Source: a virus
Direction: 5' to 3' (one strand)
IMG/VR virus record: IMGVR_UViG_3300022752_000035
Span: 1 to 64,000 of that record
DNA: 64,000 nt
The position numbers were made by a program, and so were the translations under genes. Positions within the stretch are counted from its first letter, which is position 1; every line of letters begins with the position of its first letter. The notes under the pieces are model-generated. The model saw only the letters and a list, made by a program, of their open reading frames with translations, did not search any database and was not told the origin of the DNA. Positions 47,405 to 57,776 of this stretch are shown here, one piece after another.

Positions 47405-50400
47405 GTTTTAACACATAAAACTCCGCCACTTAACCAAACTCCTCCTTTCGGAATAAATGAATTCGTTGTTGGAAGTTTTGTCAAATCAAAAACTATTGGT
47501 GAATGATTTGGATCTTGACCAGTTATATAAATTCCATTAGCAAAATTCAAAAACAATGTATTTTCTTGAGATATGTTTTTTACTCCAGTTGAAGCATCAC
47601 TTAATACAATTGACCCAGAATTTTTAATGGTTATATTTTTTCCTAGAGCATTACTATAAGAACCACTGATTAAATTATTTGTTCCACCTAAAACGTTAGA
47701 GTATGTACCAGATACTATATTTAAACTGCCACCAAGAATAGAAGAAAAAGAATCGCTATAAATGTTATTATTATTGACGATTAAATTACCTGATCCTCCT
47801 ACGATATTAGTATATTGTAAATTTCCAGTTACTAGATTATTACTTCCCCCTAATACTGTACAAAATGCACTTTTTGGATATTGGTCATTAGGATTAAAAA
47901 TATCTATAATTTTATTTGATCGTCCACCAGGAATTAAATTAAAATCTCCTATGATAGTATTATTAACTCCTCCAGCTATACTAGATACAAGACCTTTGAT
48001 ATAGTTTCCAGTTCCACCACCTATAGTGGAACTTCCAATATCACTGAATCCAAAAGCGCCTAATCTTGCATAATTGAATGTACTTAATACAGATTTAGCA
48101 ATGTTTAAATCTTTTTCCAAATCAGAAGCTATATATTCATATATTAAACCAGTCATTTGGTTCACAGATAATGGAGCAGATAAACTAAAAGAAAATCCAT
48201 CGTTTCCTGTATTGCTAATATTATGCAAATATATTTCGTCTAAAGATGAATAAGCTCTTCCAAAAATTTTTGGAGAAAGATTAAATTTATCAATAAATTT
48301 AATATTTATATCTCCAGTAAATGATGCACTATTATCAATTAATATATTTTGTTGGACATCAAAAAGACCAGATCCAGTATTAGAAAATATTATATAGTTA
48401 ATTTTTATTCTATCTCCTGTAGCAATATTGTCTGATAATTGTATATTTAATCCAGTTTGATAAATATTTTTCAACCTTTGCAAATAAATATTATCATTAT
48501 TTATATTTTCTATAGACAAAAAGACTTTTGGTGAATCATAATTTAAATAATTATTAAAATTTATATTTAATTCATTATTTAAAAACCCCGTGTATGTCAA
48601 AGAATTAACATTTATCTTGGTGTTATCTATATTAAATTCTCCAGTTCTATATATAGAGACATTAACTTGCGCATCTTGATCAATAGGTCTAGAAGTATGG
48701 AAATAAAAACCTGTTGAACTTTTTCCTGAAATAAAATGAGAGTAAATATTTTTAGAAGAATTTCCACTTTGAATAATATTACATAATGGCGCATATCCAG
48801 TATCCAAAATGCCAGATAATAAATTTATATAAAGAAGATTTTCTCCAGATTTTAATCCTGTTTGATAAACTTGTATATTTTCTCCAGAGTATTTCCCAGT
48901 AAATCCTAAAGAATTGATATTTATATAATGATTGTTGTCTTTTAACTCTGCGCTTAAAGTCAACCTTAAATCTGAAGTATTACCAGATATAGCTCCCAGA
49001 GGAAACCAATTTATATTATTATCGTATATATTAAAAAAGTTAATTCCTTTTCTTTCCAAAGGAATATCATATCTATACCCTGTTCCAGTAATTAATTTTT
49101 GGAAAGGATATACTTTATTAATTTCTAAATGTACTCCATCATTCAATTCTGCACCAGTAAAAAATCCTTTAATTCCAACGAAATAATCAAGCAAAACATT
49201 TTCTTCTAAAACATTTGGAAAATCTATATAAAACCCAGTTCTATTTAATCCACTTATGTTTATAGATTTATAAACTCCATTATTTCCAATTAGATTAGGC
49301 ATGATTATTAATTCGTTTGAATTAACAAAAGGTTGAGTAAAATTAATTTTATAAGTTTTTGATCCTAAATTTAATCCAGTTCTTTCCGTTTTAAATTCGC
49401 AGACACTATTTCCCGTTCCTATAAATGATCCAGAATAAAGATTGGGAGATAGAAGACTGATCCAATTATATATCTTTATTTTATTATCGTTATTAATATT
49501 TGGATATACATCTAAAACATAATCAATTGTAGTGATATCAGAAATTTTATCTACTTTATAAATATTATTATTACTTTCTATATTAGTAAGAATCGCTAGT
49601 TCATCTGTAAATAATTGAGATGGATATTCTATTAAATATATATCAGCTTCATTATTAATATTTTTAATAAACATTTGATTCGCTATAGATGAAAGACCAG
49701 TTGAAGTTGCATCAATTGTATTTCCAAATCCCCCAACTATATTACAAAAAGACCCTAATAATGTATTGTTTTCTCCACCGCCAATCGTTGAATTATCACT
49801 AAAAAAAGATTTTACTGTAGAAATTACATTATTTTTTCCAGCGATAATACTAGATCTTCTTGATCCACTGATCAAATTATTTGTTCCAAATATAAATACA
49901 TTGTCAGTTTTTTTATCTATTTTATTATTTATTCCTAAAGCTACAGAAGAATCAGCCTCAACAATATTATTTGCATTTTTTATATTTTTAGAAGTAGTTA
50001 CTACTCCAGATAAAGGCCCCAAAATATCTAAACCTTGACCATCAAACTTAATATATCCGTCTTCATTGCCAACTCTAAATTTTGGTTTATTAAAATTATA
50101 TCTATTATCATAACCTAAATAAAATCCACTGCCTTCATCAACATTTTTGTCATTTACAGTTTTAATATAGCCACTTAATATACCTTCTTGGCCTATATTT
50201 AAAGCGTTGGTTATATTTGATTCTTCAGCTAATAATATCTGAGTTGCGGTTGCAGCAAATTCATTAGTGAATGGTATCCAATTTGGATTTCCAGCTTGAG
50301 GCTCAGAGTCTATATTAGTATAAGCTGCATACCAATGATTGACTCCTTCTCTTGAATATTTTACAACATCTCTTCTTAAATTACTTCCCACATATCCTAT

Positions 50401-52875
50401 TCCATATTTCCAAGGCCCTCTATAAGTAATTCCTGGCCCGCTTAACGATCTTCCAGAATATCCTACAGCAAGATTAAGTATCATTCCTTCGTTAGGTCTT
50501 TCACCATCTAAAGCTCTTATCTTTAAATAATAGATTCCTCCAACTAATGGTTGACCAAATATTTGATTTGCACTATTTAAATATGTTTCTAAACCCGTTG
50601 GCCAGTCACCTTCGCCCACACCAGAAATAGTTGTTGGAGAAAATTCAAATCTTGTAGCTCTAGAATTAGTTTGTATTTGATAAAAAAATGCATTTTCTAA
50701 AGGAGTACTAACATATCCAGGACTTGTAAATATATCTGAATTTGGAGGTCTAAATCCACTTATTGCAGAAACTTTAACATTTTTATTTTTTGTGATAAGC
50801 TCATTTTCGTATCCAATTCCAGTATCATAATAATTATTAAATAAAAATAATTCTCCTTTGCCAGTAATATCTCCTCCAAGTTTAGCTTCAAAAACAGTAT
50901 ATCCACCTGTATTATTTCCACCAATTCCATTGGTTCCTGTGATTTGCGTTAAATTTTTATTAACTATTTCTAATGGAAAATTTTTTATCTCTTTATATCC
51001 TAAAAGATTTTGAGTACCAGAATAACCGCTGAAATATATTAAATTTGCATTAGAAGCATTGATTCCAGATATTCTAATATAACCTAAATTATTATATAAT
51101 GTATTAGAGGATGAGCAATCATAAATAGTAGGCAAAATATCAATAGACTTATTAGAAGGTAATATATAACTTTCATCAAAACGATTTCTTTTAATTTTAA
51201 TTCTAGCTTGAGGATTTCTCACTTCTCTTGGGACTTTAAATCTTATACCAGTTGCAGAATTACTTATTTTAATTCCACTTATTAAATAATCATTTGGTGC
51301 ATCAACATTTCCAGTTATACCTAAGAAAAATACTTCAGAATCAGTTAAATTACCATAATCTCCAGAAGTTCCACTAGAACTATAAATTTCCATTTCATCT
51401 AAATATTTAGCGGCTTGTATTCCAGATAAATATCTTATATTAATGTTATTTTCTGATAGTCTTACTGTAGATACTAAAAGATTGTTTGTAGAAGGAGATT
51501 TAATTAAAATACCAGAATTTGGAAAATCAACAGAAAATATTTGAAGTGAAGTTGTTGTATAAGCATTTGGTAATACAAATGATGCTCTATCTGCAGCAGA
51601 ATTTATTGTGATATCTTTTTTCAAAACATTTGGTTGACCAAGATTAATATAATTTATACGCTGTAAATATTTTCCACTTATCGTTATTAATGCTCCAGTA
51701 CCCGCAAGAACATCATTTGGAGAAAAACCACTAGCAATTAAAGGAGGATAAAAAACATTTAAAATATTTTTAGTTTTATCTGAGCCATATTTACCAGAAA
51801 CAGTGATATAATCTGATGAACTATAATTAGGTATATCAAAATATAATCCTGTATTTTCTATTAGAGAATAATTAGAAATGCTTTGATCTCCAATTTTTAA
51901 ATCAGTAAAAAATGATAAATTATCTCCAGTTAAAACGATTTGAGTTGATTCTATTAATCCTGTCGTTGGATAAAAACCATAAATATTGGGGTAACCAGAG
52001 ATATAAAAATTATCAAATTTTGTTCCACTATTAATCCCCCTAAATTTTAAATTTTCTATAATTCCACTTTGATTTCTTCTTATATTATAAGGAACTTGGA
52101 ACTCTATAAATTGTAAAGATCCAGTATTTTCATATTTTTCATAAAGGAAATTTATTAGACCATTTTTTCCATTTCCTATATTTGGGATAAATTCTACCCC
52201 AGTCGTTTGATTAGGCACTGTAAAAATTCCAGAATTAGTTATATCAAAACTGCCTAAAGATCCATTAATTCCAGTTGTAGATACTGTTAGTATGGCGTAT
52301 GAATTAGTATCATATTTTTTAAATCCTTGTAAATAAAATGTATCGCCTATATTATAACCAGATCCATAATTTTGAATATTTCCTCCAGTAACTCTATATA
52401 ATCCTGTTTCTATAAAAGATGGATTTACTTTATTTCCACTATTATCTATAAAAGATAGATTTGCTCCTGGATTTAAATTATATCCAGAAATTTTAACGTA
52501 CTCTCCTGGTAGAACATTTTTATTATCAAAACCACTTATGATTGGCTGATCTAAAATATTTAGATTAATGTAATTTGATGAAACACTTGCGTCATTATAA
52601 ACGTAAACTTTATATTTAGATGGAGTAATTCCAGATATGGTGAAACCAACTAAATTATCTCCTAAAGTATTATTAATCCCAGAAATATTTTTATTATTTA
52701 ATCCATCAATAGAAAAATCATATGAAGAATTGTAAATATTTTGTCCAGAGATTTTTATTATGTTTTTCTTAAATTGTTCTCCAGATATAAAAATAGTTTC
52801 TCCATTAATCGCTATAAATCCAGTAGGAGGAGAAATTACTGGTTGAGCAGATTGTATTGTAAATAACACGCTCAT
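47401..52875 (-). CDS. Large tail/fibre protein with IPT/TIG-like domains, carbohydrate-binding-like modules and GGxxN repeats
   Basis: 1824 aa; repeated P-x-I-x-GF-x-P...I-x-ISG-x-x-L units; IGGGENN and IAGGVNN trimeric-fibre repeats. Confidence 0.7.
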   Translation of the reverse strand: MSVLFTIQSAQPVISPPTGFIAINGETIFISGEQFKKNIIKISGQNIYNSSYDFSIDGLNNKNISGINNTLGDNLVGFTISGITPSKYKVYVYNDASVSSNYINLNILDQPIISGFDNKNVLPGEYVKISGYNLNPGANLSFIDNSGNKVNPSFIETGLYRVTGGNIQNYGSGYNIGDTFYLQGFKKYDTNSYAILTVSTTGINGSLGSFDITNSGIFTVPNQTTGVEFIPNIGNGKNGLINFLYEKYENTGSLQFIEFQVPYNIRRNQSGIIENLKFRGINSGTKFDNFYISGYPNIYGFYPTTGLIESTQIVLTGDNLSFFTDLKIGDQSISNYSLIENTGLYFDIPNYSSSDYITVSGKYGSDKTKNILNVFYPPLIASGFSPNDVLAGTGALITISGKYLQRINYINLGQPNVLKKDITINSAADRASFVLPNAYTTTSLQIFSVDFPNSGILIKSPSTNNLLVSTVRLSENNINIRYLSGIQAAKYLDEMEIYSSSGTSGDYGNLTDSEVFFLGITGNVDAPNDYLISGIKISNSATGIRFKVPREVRNPQARIKIKRNRFDESYILPSNKSIDILPTIYDCSSSNTLYNNLGYIRISGINASNANLIYFSGYSGTQNLLGYKEIKNFPLEIVNKNLTQITGTNGIGGNNTGGYTVFEAKLGGDITGKGELFLFNNYYDTGIGYENELITKNKNVKVSAISGFRPPNSDIFTSPGYVSTPLENAFFYQIQTNSRATRFEFSPTTISGVGEGDWPTGLETYLNSANQIFGQPLVGGIYYLKIRALDGERPNEGMILNLAVGYSGRSLSGPGITYRGPWKYGIGYVGSNLRRDVVKYSREGVNHWYAAYTNIDSEPQAGNPNWIPFTNEFAATATQILLAEESNITNALNIGQEGILSGYIKTVNDKNVDEGSGFYLGYDNRYNFNKPKFRVGNEDGYIKFDGQGLDILGPLSGVVTTSKNIKNANNIVEADSSVALGINNKIDKKTDNVFIFGTNNLISGSRRSSIIAGKNNVISTVKSFFSDNSTIGGGENNTLLGSFCNIVGGFGNTIDATSTGLSSIANQMFIKNINNEADIYLIEYPSQLFTDELAILTNIESNNNIYKVDKISDITTIDYVLDVYPNINNDNKIKIYNWISLLSPNLYSGSFIGTGNSVCEFKTERTGLNLGSKTYKINFTQPFVNSNELIIMPNLIGNNGVYKSINISGLNRTGFYIDFPNVLEENVLLDYFVGIKGFFTGAELNDGVHLEINKVYPFQKLITGTGYRYDIPLERKGINFFNIYDNNINWFPLGAISGNTSDLRLTLSAELKDNNHYININSLGFTGKYSGENIQVYQTGLKSGENLLYINLLSGILDTGYAPLCNIIQSGNSSKNIYSHFISGKSSTGFYFHTSRPIDQDAQVNVSIYRTGEFNIDNTKINVNSLTYTGFLNNELNINFNNYLNYDSPKVFLSIENINNDNIYLQRLKNIYQTGLNIQLSDNIATGDRIKINYIIFSNTGSGLFDVQQNILIDNSASFTGDINIKFIDKFNLSPKIFGRAYSSLDEIYLHNISNTGNDGFSFSLSAPLSVNQMTGLIYEYIASDLEKDLNIAKSVLSTFNYARLGAFGFSDIGSSTIGGGTGNYIKGLVSSIAGGVNNTIIGDFNLIPGGRSNKIIDIFNPNDQYPKSAFCTVLGGSNNLVTGNLQYTNIVGGSGNLIVNNNNIYSDSFSSILGGSLNIVSGTYSNVLGGTNNLISGSYSNALGKNITIKNSGSIVLSDASTGVKNISQENTLFLNFANGIYITGQDPNHSPIVFDLTKLPTTNSFIPKGGVWLSGGVLCVKT

Positions 52876-54581
52876 TCAAATAATCCTCCATCTTCAGTCA
52901 TCATCTGTATAGTGTATCTTCCAGTAGGTATGTTACTCAATGGAATATACCCGCTTAATAAATTTTTATTGATAATTCTAAATGAAGTTTGAAAGGTGCT
53001 TTTATTTTCTTGATAAATATTGTCAGAATATCTAAATTTAACAAAACAACTATCATATTGATAAGGACTATCAATTAATATTGGTTTTTTAAAGCTTTTA
53101 CCTTGAATCATTATATTACTGCCTCGATATCCACTATTAGGTAATACTGCCAAAGGCATTGGAGTTTCAGAAAACGCGCTAATAGAAGTTTTCGATATCC
53201 CTGTTTGATTTATTAATATTACATTACCATTAATATAATATTCAGAATTTGGTATTTTAAATGACATACTATTTTTATCTTTAATTATTACGTCTTCTAA
53301 CGGAAGCCTTTCTTGAAATGTGTTTGCATTGCCTGTTAACAAATAAATTTTTTTGTAATAGGAATTTTTTCCATTATAAATGAATGTAGATAAATCTGTG
53401 CCAGTGTTATCTATCGTGAAGTAATTTAAACGGAAGGATTTATTATTAGCAGCATTTGGAATCGCTATATCGAAAGAATTTTTTTGCAGATTATATATAT
53501 TCGTTGCGGAAAAAGTTGTGCCTATATCTACATTATTAATTTTTTCAATGCTAGTAAATAGAAATGGTGGATATAGATTATTATCTACGCGATTTATAGG
53601 ATCAAAATAAATTGTTTGACTCGAATAATTTGGATCTATATCAACATAACTTCTTTTAAAAAATCCAGAGTCAAAAATAAATCCACTAGAATTGATTAGT
53701 AATACGTTTAAATTTGTAGCATATCCAAAAGCATTTTCAATAGTCAAATCAAATGATCCCGTAGTTTTATTACTTATATAGCTATCATCATGATCTGCTC
53801 CGCTTTGCACAATATTATAAAAAATAGCATAATCTGTATTATTTAATTTTCTAGGAAGGTCTATAGTATAATTTAAATAACCTGATTGTAACGGAGTTGT
53901 AAAAGCTTGAAATTCATCATTAAGTACGCCTGATGACATAGAGAGTAAATGATTTTCATAATATTTTTGTAGTAAATTACCAGGAATATCATATTTTATT
54001 TGGATAGATTTTCCACTGCTATAATTAAAATCATTTATATTTAAAAGTTTATAATCTTCGATCTCTGCTCTTAAATTAATATTTTGCACTAAATTTATAT
54101 CTCCCACGCCAGTCTTTGTTGACATTGGAATATTAAAAGTATTTTTTTCTCCGCTAAAATAATAATTAATATCATCTAATATAGGTGTCGCTAAAATATA
54201 TCCACTAACTATAGAAGTTAATACTTTTCCACTTAAATTAATGATAGATCCCTCTGATCCATTTTTCGGGTCAAAATCTTGAATTGTAAAAATTGGTAAA
54301 AATGGTAAATTATTTTGGCCAGTAATTTCAAAGCTATCTGACGATATGACTAATTTACCAGTATTTGGATCTGATGGCACAATAAATTCCATTTTTTGAG
54401 TTCCATTCACGAGCGCAAAATTTATTTTTTCTCCAGCGAAAAAAAGATTATCAACATAATCCAAATCTTCACCATAAATTGAAACGACCTGCCCTAACAT
54501 TCCAACTGGACTAGACGTAGAAGTAATCTTAGGATTAGGAGGAATATACTTGAAAAGTCCTGTTGATGTAATAAGTCCCAT
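52872..54581 (-). CDS. Tail-associated protein with IPT/TIG domains
   Basis: PKITS...GQVVSIYGEDL; IQDFDPKNGSEGSIINLSG; PNSGYRGSNIMIQGKSF. Confidence 0.65.
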   Translation of the reverse strand: MGLITSTGLFKYIPPNPKITSTSSPVGMLGQVVSIYGEDLDYVDNLFFAGEKINFALVNGTQKMEFIVPSDPNTGKLVISSDSFEITGQNNLPFLPIFTIQDFDPKNGSEGSIINLSGKVLTSIVSGYILATPILDDINYYFSGEKNTFNIPMSTKTGVGDINLVQNINLRAEIEDYKLLNINDFNYSSGKSIQIKYDIPGNLLQKYYENHLLSMSSGVLNDEFQAFTTPLQSGYLNYTIDLPRKLNNTDYAIFYNIVQSGADHDDSYISNKTTGSFDLTIENAFGYATNLNVLLINSSGFIFDSGFFKRSYVDIDPNYSSQTIYFDPINRVDNNLYPPFLFTSIEKINNVDIGTTFSATNIYNLQKNSFDIAIPNAANNKSFRLNYFTIDNTGTDLSTFIYNGKNSYYKKIYLLTGNANTFQERLPLEDVIIKDKNSMSFKIPNSEYYINGNVILINQTGISKTSISAFSETPMPLAVLPNSGYRGSNIMIQGKSFKKPILIDSPYQYDSCFVKFRYSDNIYQENKSTFQTSFRIINKNLLSGYIPLSNIPTGRYTIQMMTEDGGLFE

Positions 54582-54586
54582 ATGCT

Positions 54587-55558
54587 TTATGCTAAAGTTA
54601 GCATCCTTATTTGTTGATTTGTTATATTCTTAACTCTAGGAACAACAGCAGTGATTGTATTTCTATTATTTATTACAAAACTATCAGCTTCATATTCTCC
54701 AAAAAATACTTGAGCCACATAATTAAAGTTAGTACCATTTATTTTAATTTTATCTTTATAGCGACCAGATGTAGGAGTAAAATCAGTTATAGTAGCTTCT
54801 TCAATAACATTAAACTGTCTAATAGTCAACTCGTTAGTCAAGAATTCTTCAGATTTTGCTTGAAAAGTTTTTTTAGTTAAAAATCCAGTCACGCCATATC
54901 CTTGAGTTATAAGAGATGTTCCAAAAGGCGCAGTACCTAACACAACTCCAACTCGTGATCCAGAGATTTCTAATAATGGATTTAAATTATCACAAGTTAT
55001 ATTTAAAGTAGTCTCCTTTAATCCAAAAACTCCTCTTCTTTCATAAGTATCACCAATATACATTTCTGGTCTTATATCAGTAGAATAACTGTAATTAGCG
55101 TTTAAATAGGAGCCAGTTAAATTTTGATTATTAAAATTACTAATGCTAATTTCATTAACATGTACAATAGATTCTGAGTAATCTGCATTATCATATACTG
55201 GAGAAAAAGATCCAGTAGGAGATCTAAAAAATAAAATCTCTGTTGTACAGACTATCGGATTATGCGGTGCAAATCTAGCGTTAAAACTTTTTATATAACC
55301 AGTTTGTTGAATTCCACCAAAATCAAATTTTACGCCATCATCTAAATACAATAAATTTTTAATTGGATCTTGTCCAGTATAATAATAACTAAAACTGAGT
55401 GATCCTTGAATGGTATTATCTGGTCTAACATCTTCAGCATGTCTTTGTCCAAGTTCTATGTATGGACTAATTTGAGCCTCATATGACATTTGAGCCTCAG
55501 TAGCAATAATCAATTGATTATTTATTTTTAAACTTACATTTTTTCCATTATAAAACAT
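54587..55558 (-). CDS. Tail-tube-like protein with C-terminal IPT/TIG domain
   Basis: Two internal repeats (YEAQISPYIELG / YSTDIRPEMYIG); ITDFTPTSGRYKDKIKINGTNF. Confidence 0.5.
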   Translation of the reverse strand: MFYNGKNVSLKINNQLIIATEAQMSYEAQISPYIELGQRHAEDVRPDNTIQGSLSFSYYYTGQDPIKNLLYLDDGVKFDFGGIQQTGYIKSFNARFAPHNPIVCTTEILFFRSPTGSFSPVYDNADYSESIVHVNEISISNFNNQNLTGSYLNANYSYSTDIRPEMYIGDTYERRGVFGLKETTLNITCDNLNPLLEISGSRVGVVLGTAPFGTSLITQGYGVTGFLTKKTFQAKSEEFLTNELTIRQFNVIEEATITDFTPTSGRYKDKIKINGTNFNYVAQVFFGEYEADSFVINNRNTITAVVPRVKNITNQQIRMLTLA

Positions 55559-55559
55559 A

Positions 55560-56390
55560 TTAATAATACTGTACTATTGTTTTTGTTGATCGAACAATAT
55601 CGTCTAAATTAGATTCAATAGTAGAGTTATTAATAAATGCATCTGGCATTTCTATAGTAAAGCTATTTGAATCTAAGAGTCCAGATATTTGAATTTTTAG
55701 AGGTATATTTTCTCCAGTATAAACTAATTTTGTAAATAAATTTTCCGTCATATTTATAGTTTCTTGAGCTCTAATTGGTTTTACTTCGATTGGAGTTTGT
55801 TGACCTAAAGCATAAATTGGTGTTAAATTACATGTGAATGTATAAGTTAAATTATACAAATCTCCAGTTAATTCACTTGCTGTACCTTTAGCAAATATAT
55901 TTCTACCAGAGACTAAATTAGTTTTAGAACTATGAGCAATACTATCTGCAGATGCATTGTTTGGATTAACTAAATCTCTAGGAGTTTGAAATAAAGTATT
56001 TGTTATAACTGGTTCATAAGTCACATAACTTACTTGAGCAGTAACAACGTTATTTGGTTCAATTTTAAAATTATAATTATTTAAATAGCATTTTTGACCA
56101 GTTACTCCTGCAAATCCTATTGTAACTCCATTATAATTACTTGGAGCAGAAATAAAATTTTTAATTTCTTTAACAGTAGTAAAAGCTGGGTCTCCAGTAG
56201 GATTAATTAAATATGAAATTTGAAAAGTACTAGAACTTGGACCCGTAGTAATCTGTTTTTTAAATGGCTTTCTTTTGCCTAAAGTATAAACTGGACCCAT
56301 AGTTATATCAGAATTAAAATTAGCAGAAATAGCCAAAACTCCAGTATTATTAATCTTTATCTCGCATTGATCGTAATATATTCTAGCCAT
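55560..56390 (-). CDS. Tail-tube-like protein (duplicated domain)
   Basis: FNSDITMGPVYTLGKRKP / FTCNLTPIYALGQQTP repeats; SD AGGAG and GTGTAA upstream. Confidence 0.5.
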   Translation of the reverse strand: MARIYYDQCEIKINNTGVLAISANFNSDITMGPVYTLGKRKPFKKQITTGPSSSTFQISYLINPTGDPAFTTVKEIKNFISAPSNYNGVTIGFAGVTGQKCYLNNYNFKIEPNNVVTAQVSYVTYEPVITNTLFQTPRDLVNPNNASADSIAHSSKTNLVSGRNIFAKGTASELTGDLYNLTYTFTCNLTPIYALGQQTPIEVKPIRAQETINMTENLFTKLVYTGENIPLKIQISGLLDSNSFTIEMPDAFINNSTIESNLDDIVRSTKTIVQYY

Positions 56391-56422
56391 ATTCCTTTCT
56401 CCTTTTACCTCTTTAAATTACA

Positions 56423-57229
56423 CTATCTTGATACAGTACTTTCATAAGTTAACTGCATTAGAGCGCTACCATCTACATCAGTATTGTAATCTTCTCGGGT
56501 TAATAAAGCGTCTGCGATATTAAAAGAATTAACAATATGAGATGAATTATTTTTCTTTAAATTAATATCAAAATTGTAAATATTTTGTTTTTGAGGATAA
56601 TCAAATAAACTTTTATTTTGGTAATCATGTAAAGATATAGAAAAACTTGTCGTTATAACAATTGGATACTGTAATTTAACATCTACAGGCTTAACAGATG
56701 TAGCATCAAAAATTGGCAATCTATTGCATTTTATATTAATATTTAAATTATTAATTTTTTCAGCTTCTAATTCATTAAAATTCAGCTCTATATCTCCAGG
56801 ATTTACAATATTTAACTTACTTTCTTCCATAATAAATGGTAGTTTTGGAGAAGATATATTACCAAAATCACTATAAAAATTCCATTTTGTAGTTAAAGTA
56901 GGTATAGTACCTACTCCACAAGAAAATTGATATTCGGCCATATATCCACTATTCATACCAAAAGTGTTATTATCGTACTGAATTTTAAAATTTACCCCAT
57001 TTTCGCCAGTATATTGAATAAACTGATCAGAATTTATAAATAAAGTCTCTAAATTTAATGCTCCTATAAATGCTCCTATAGGCGCTATATTTAAATGATT
57101 ATTATTTGAACCCAAATATTTAATATTTTCTATAGGCAAATCATAACTGGCTGAAATAGATTGAGCGCCTGTTATGGGCGTATCATTAATATAAATCCTA
57201 TTAAATTCTCTTGTAAATCTTGATAACAT
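56423..57229 (-). CDS. Tail-tube-like protein (duplicated domain)
   Basis: GAQSISASYDLPIENIKYLG / IKCNRLPIFDATSVKP repeats. Confidence 0.5.
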   Translation of the reverse strand: MLSRFTREFNRIYINDTPITGAQSISASYDLPIENIKYLGSNNNHLNIAPIGAFIGALNLETLFINSDQFIQYTGENGVNFKIQYDNNTFGMNSGYMAEYQFSCGVGTIPTLTTKWNFYSDFGNISSPKLPFIMEESKLNIVNPGDIELNFNELEAEKINNLNINIKCNRLPIFDATSVKPVDVKLQYPIVITTSFSISLHDYQNKSLFDYPQKQNIYNFDINLKKNNSSHIVNSFNIADALLTREDYNTDVDGSALMQLTYESTVSR

Positions 57230-57242
57230 ACCTTATGCCTTG

Positions 57243-57274
57243 TAATAATTACACCCCTTTAAGTGTAATTATTA
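57243..57274. promoter_or_regulatory. Back-to-back GTGTAATTATTA motifs at the divergence point of the tail operons
   Basis: TAATAATTACAC-ccctttaa-GTGTAATTATTA, a 12-bp inverted repeat. Confidence 0.7.
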
Positions 57275-57294
57275 ATATAAAAGGAGCAAGGTTT

Positions 57295-57771
57295 ATGCAA
57301 GGAGTATATGAAGAATTATATACATTTTTAGTGTCAAAGAATGTAGAGGAAACAAAATTGTATTGTTTTAAAGATTGGCTTACGTGGTATATTGATAATA
57401 ATCTTTATCACGTTCAAAGAAATGAAAATGGGCAGATAGAAAAAGTATTTTTTATTCGAAGGTTAAACTCTAATGATATCAGTGAATTTCCAGATTATAT
57501 TCATCCAGATCTTCCAAATATAGATAAAATTACAAAATATTACCTGCATAGGCCTGAAGGAAACGTCTTTTATGGAGAATTATTAATTGATGATAAAAAC
57601 AATGATGATTTAAAAGTAGAAAATTTAAATTTTGCTTTTACTTGGGCTATTAACAAGTTCAATCCACCCATCATTGATCCATCATATATACTTTTATATT
57701 ATAAAAAAGGCCACAAAGTTAAGATGAATATGAAAGATATAGAAGATATTATTTCAAGATACAGAGGATAA
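57295..57771 (+). CDS. Hypothetical protein (start reassigned to ATG 57295), weak acyltransferase-like pattern
   Basis: SD AAGGAG upstream of MQGVYEE; YHVQRNENGQI...EGNVFYGELLID. Confidence 0.55.
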   Translation: MQGVYEELYTFLVSKNVEETKLYCFKDWLTWYIDNNLYHVQRNENGQIEKVFFIRRLNSNDISEFPDYIHPDLPNIDKITKYYLHRPEGNVFYGELLIDDKNNDDLKVENLNFAFTWAINKFNPPIIDPSYILLYYKKGHKVKMNMKDIEDIISRYRG

Positions 57772-57776
57772 AACAT

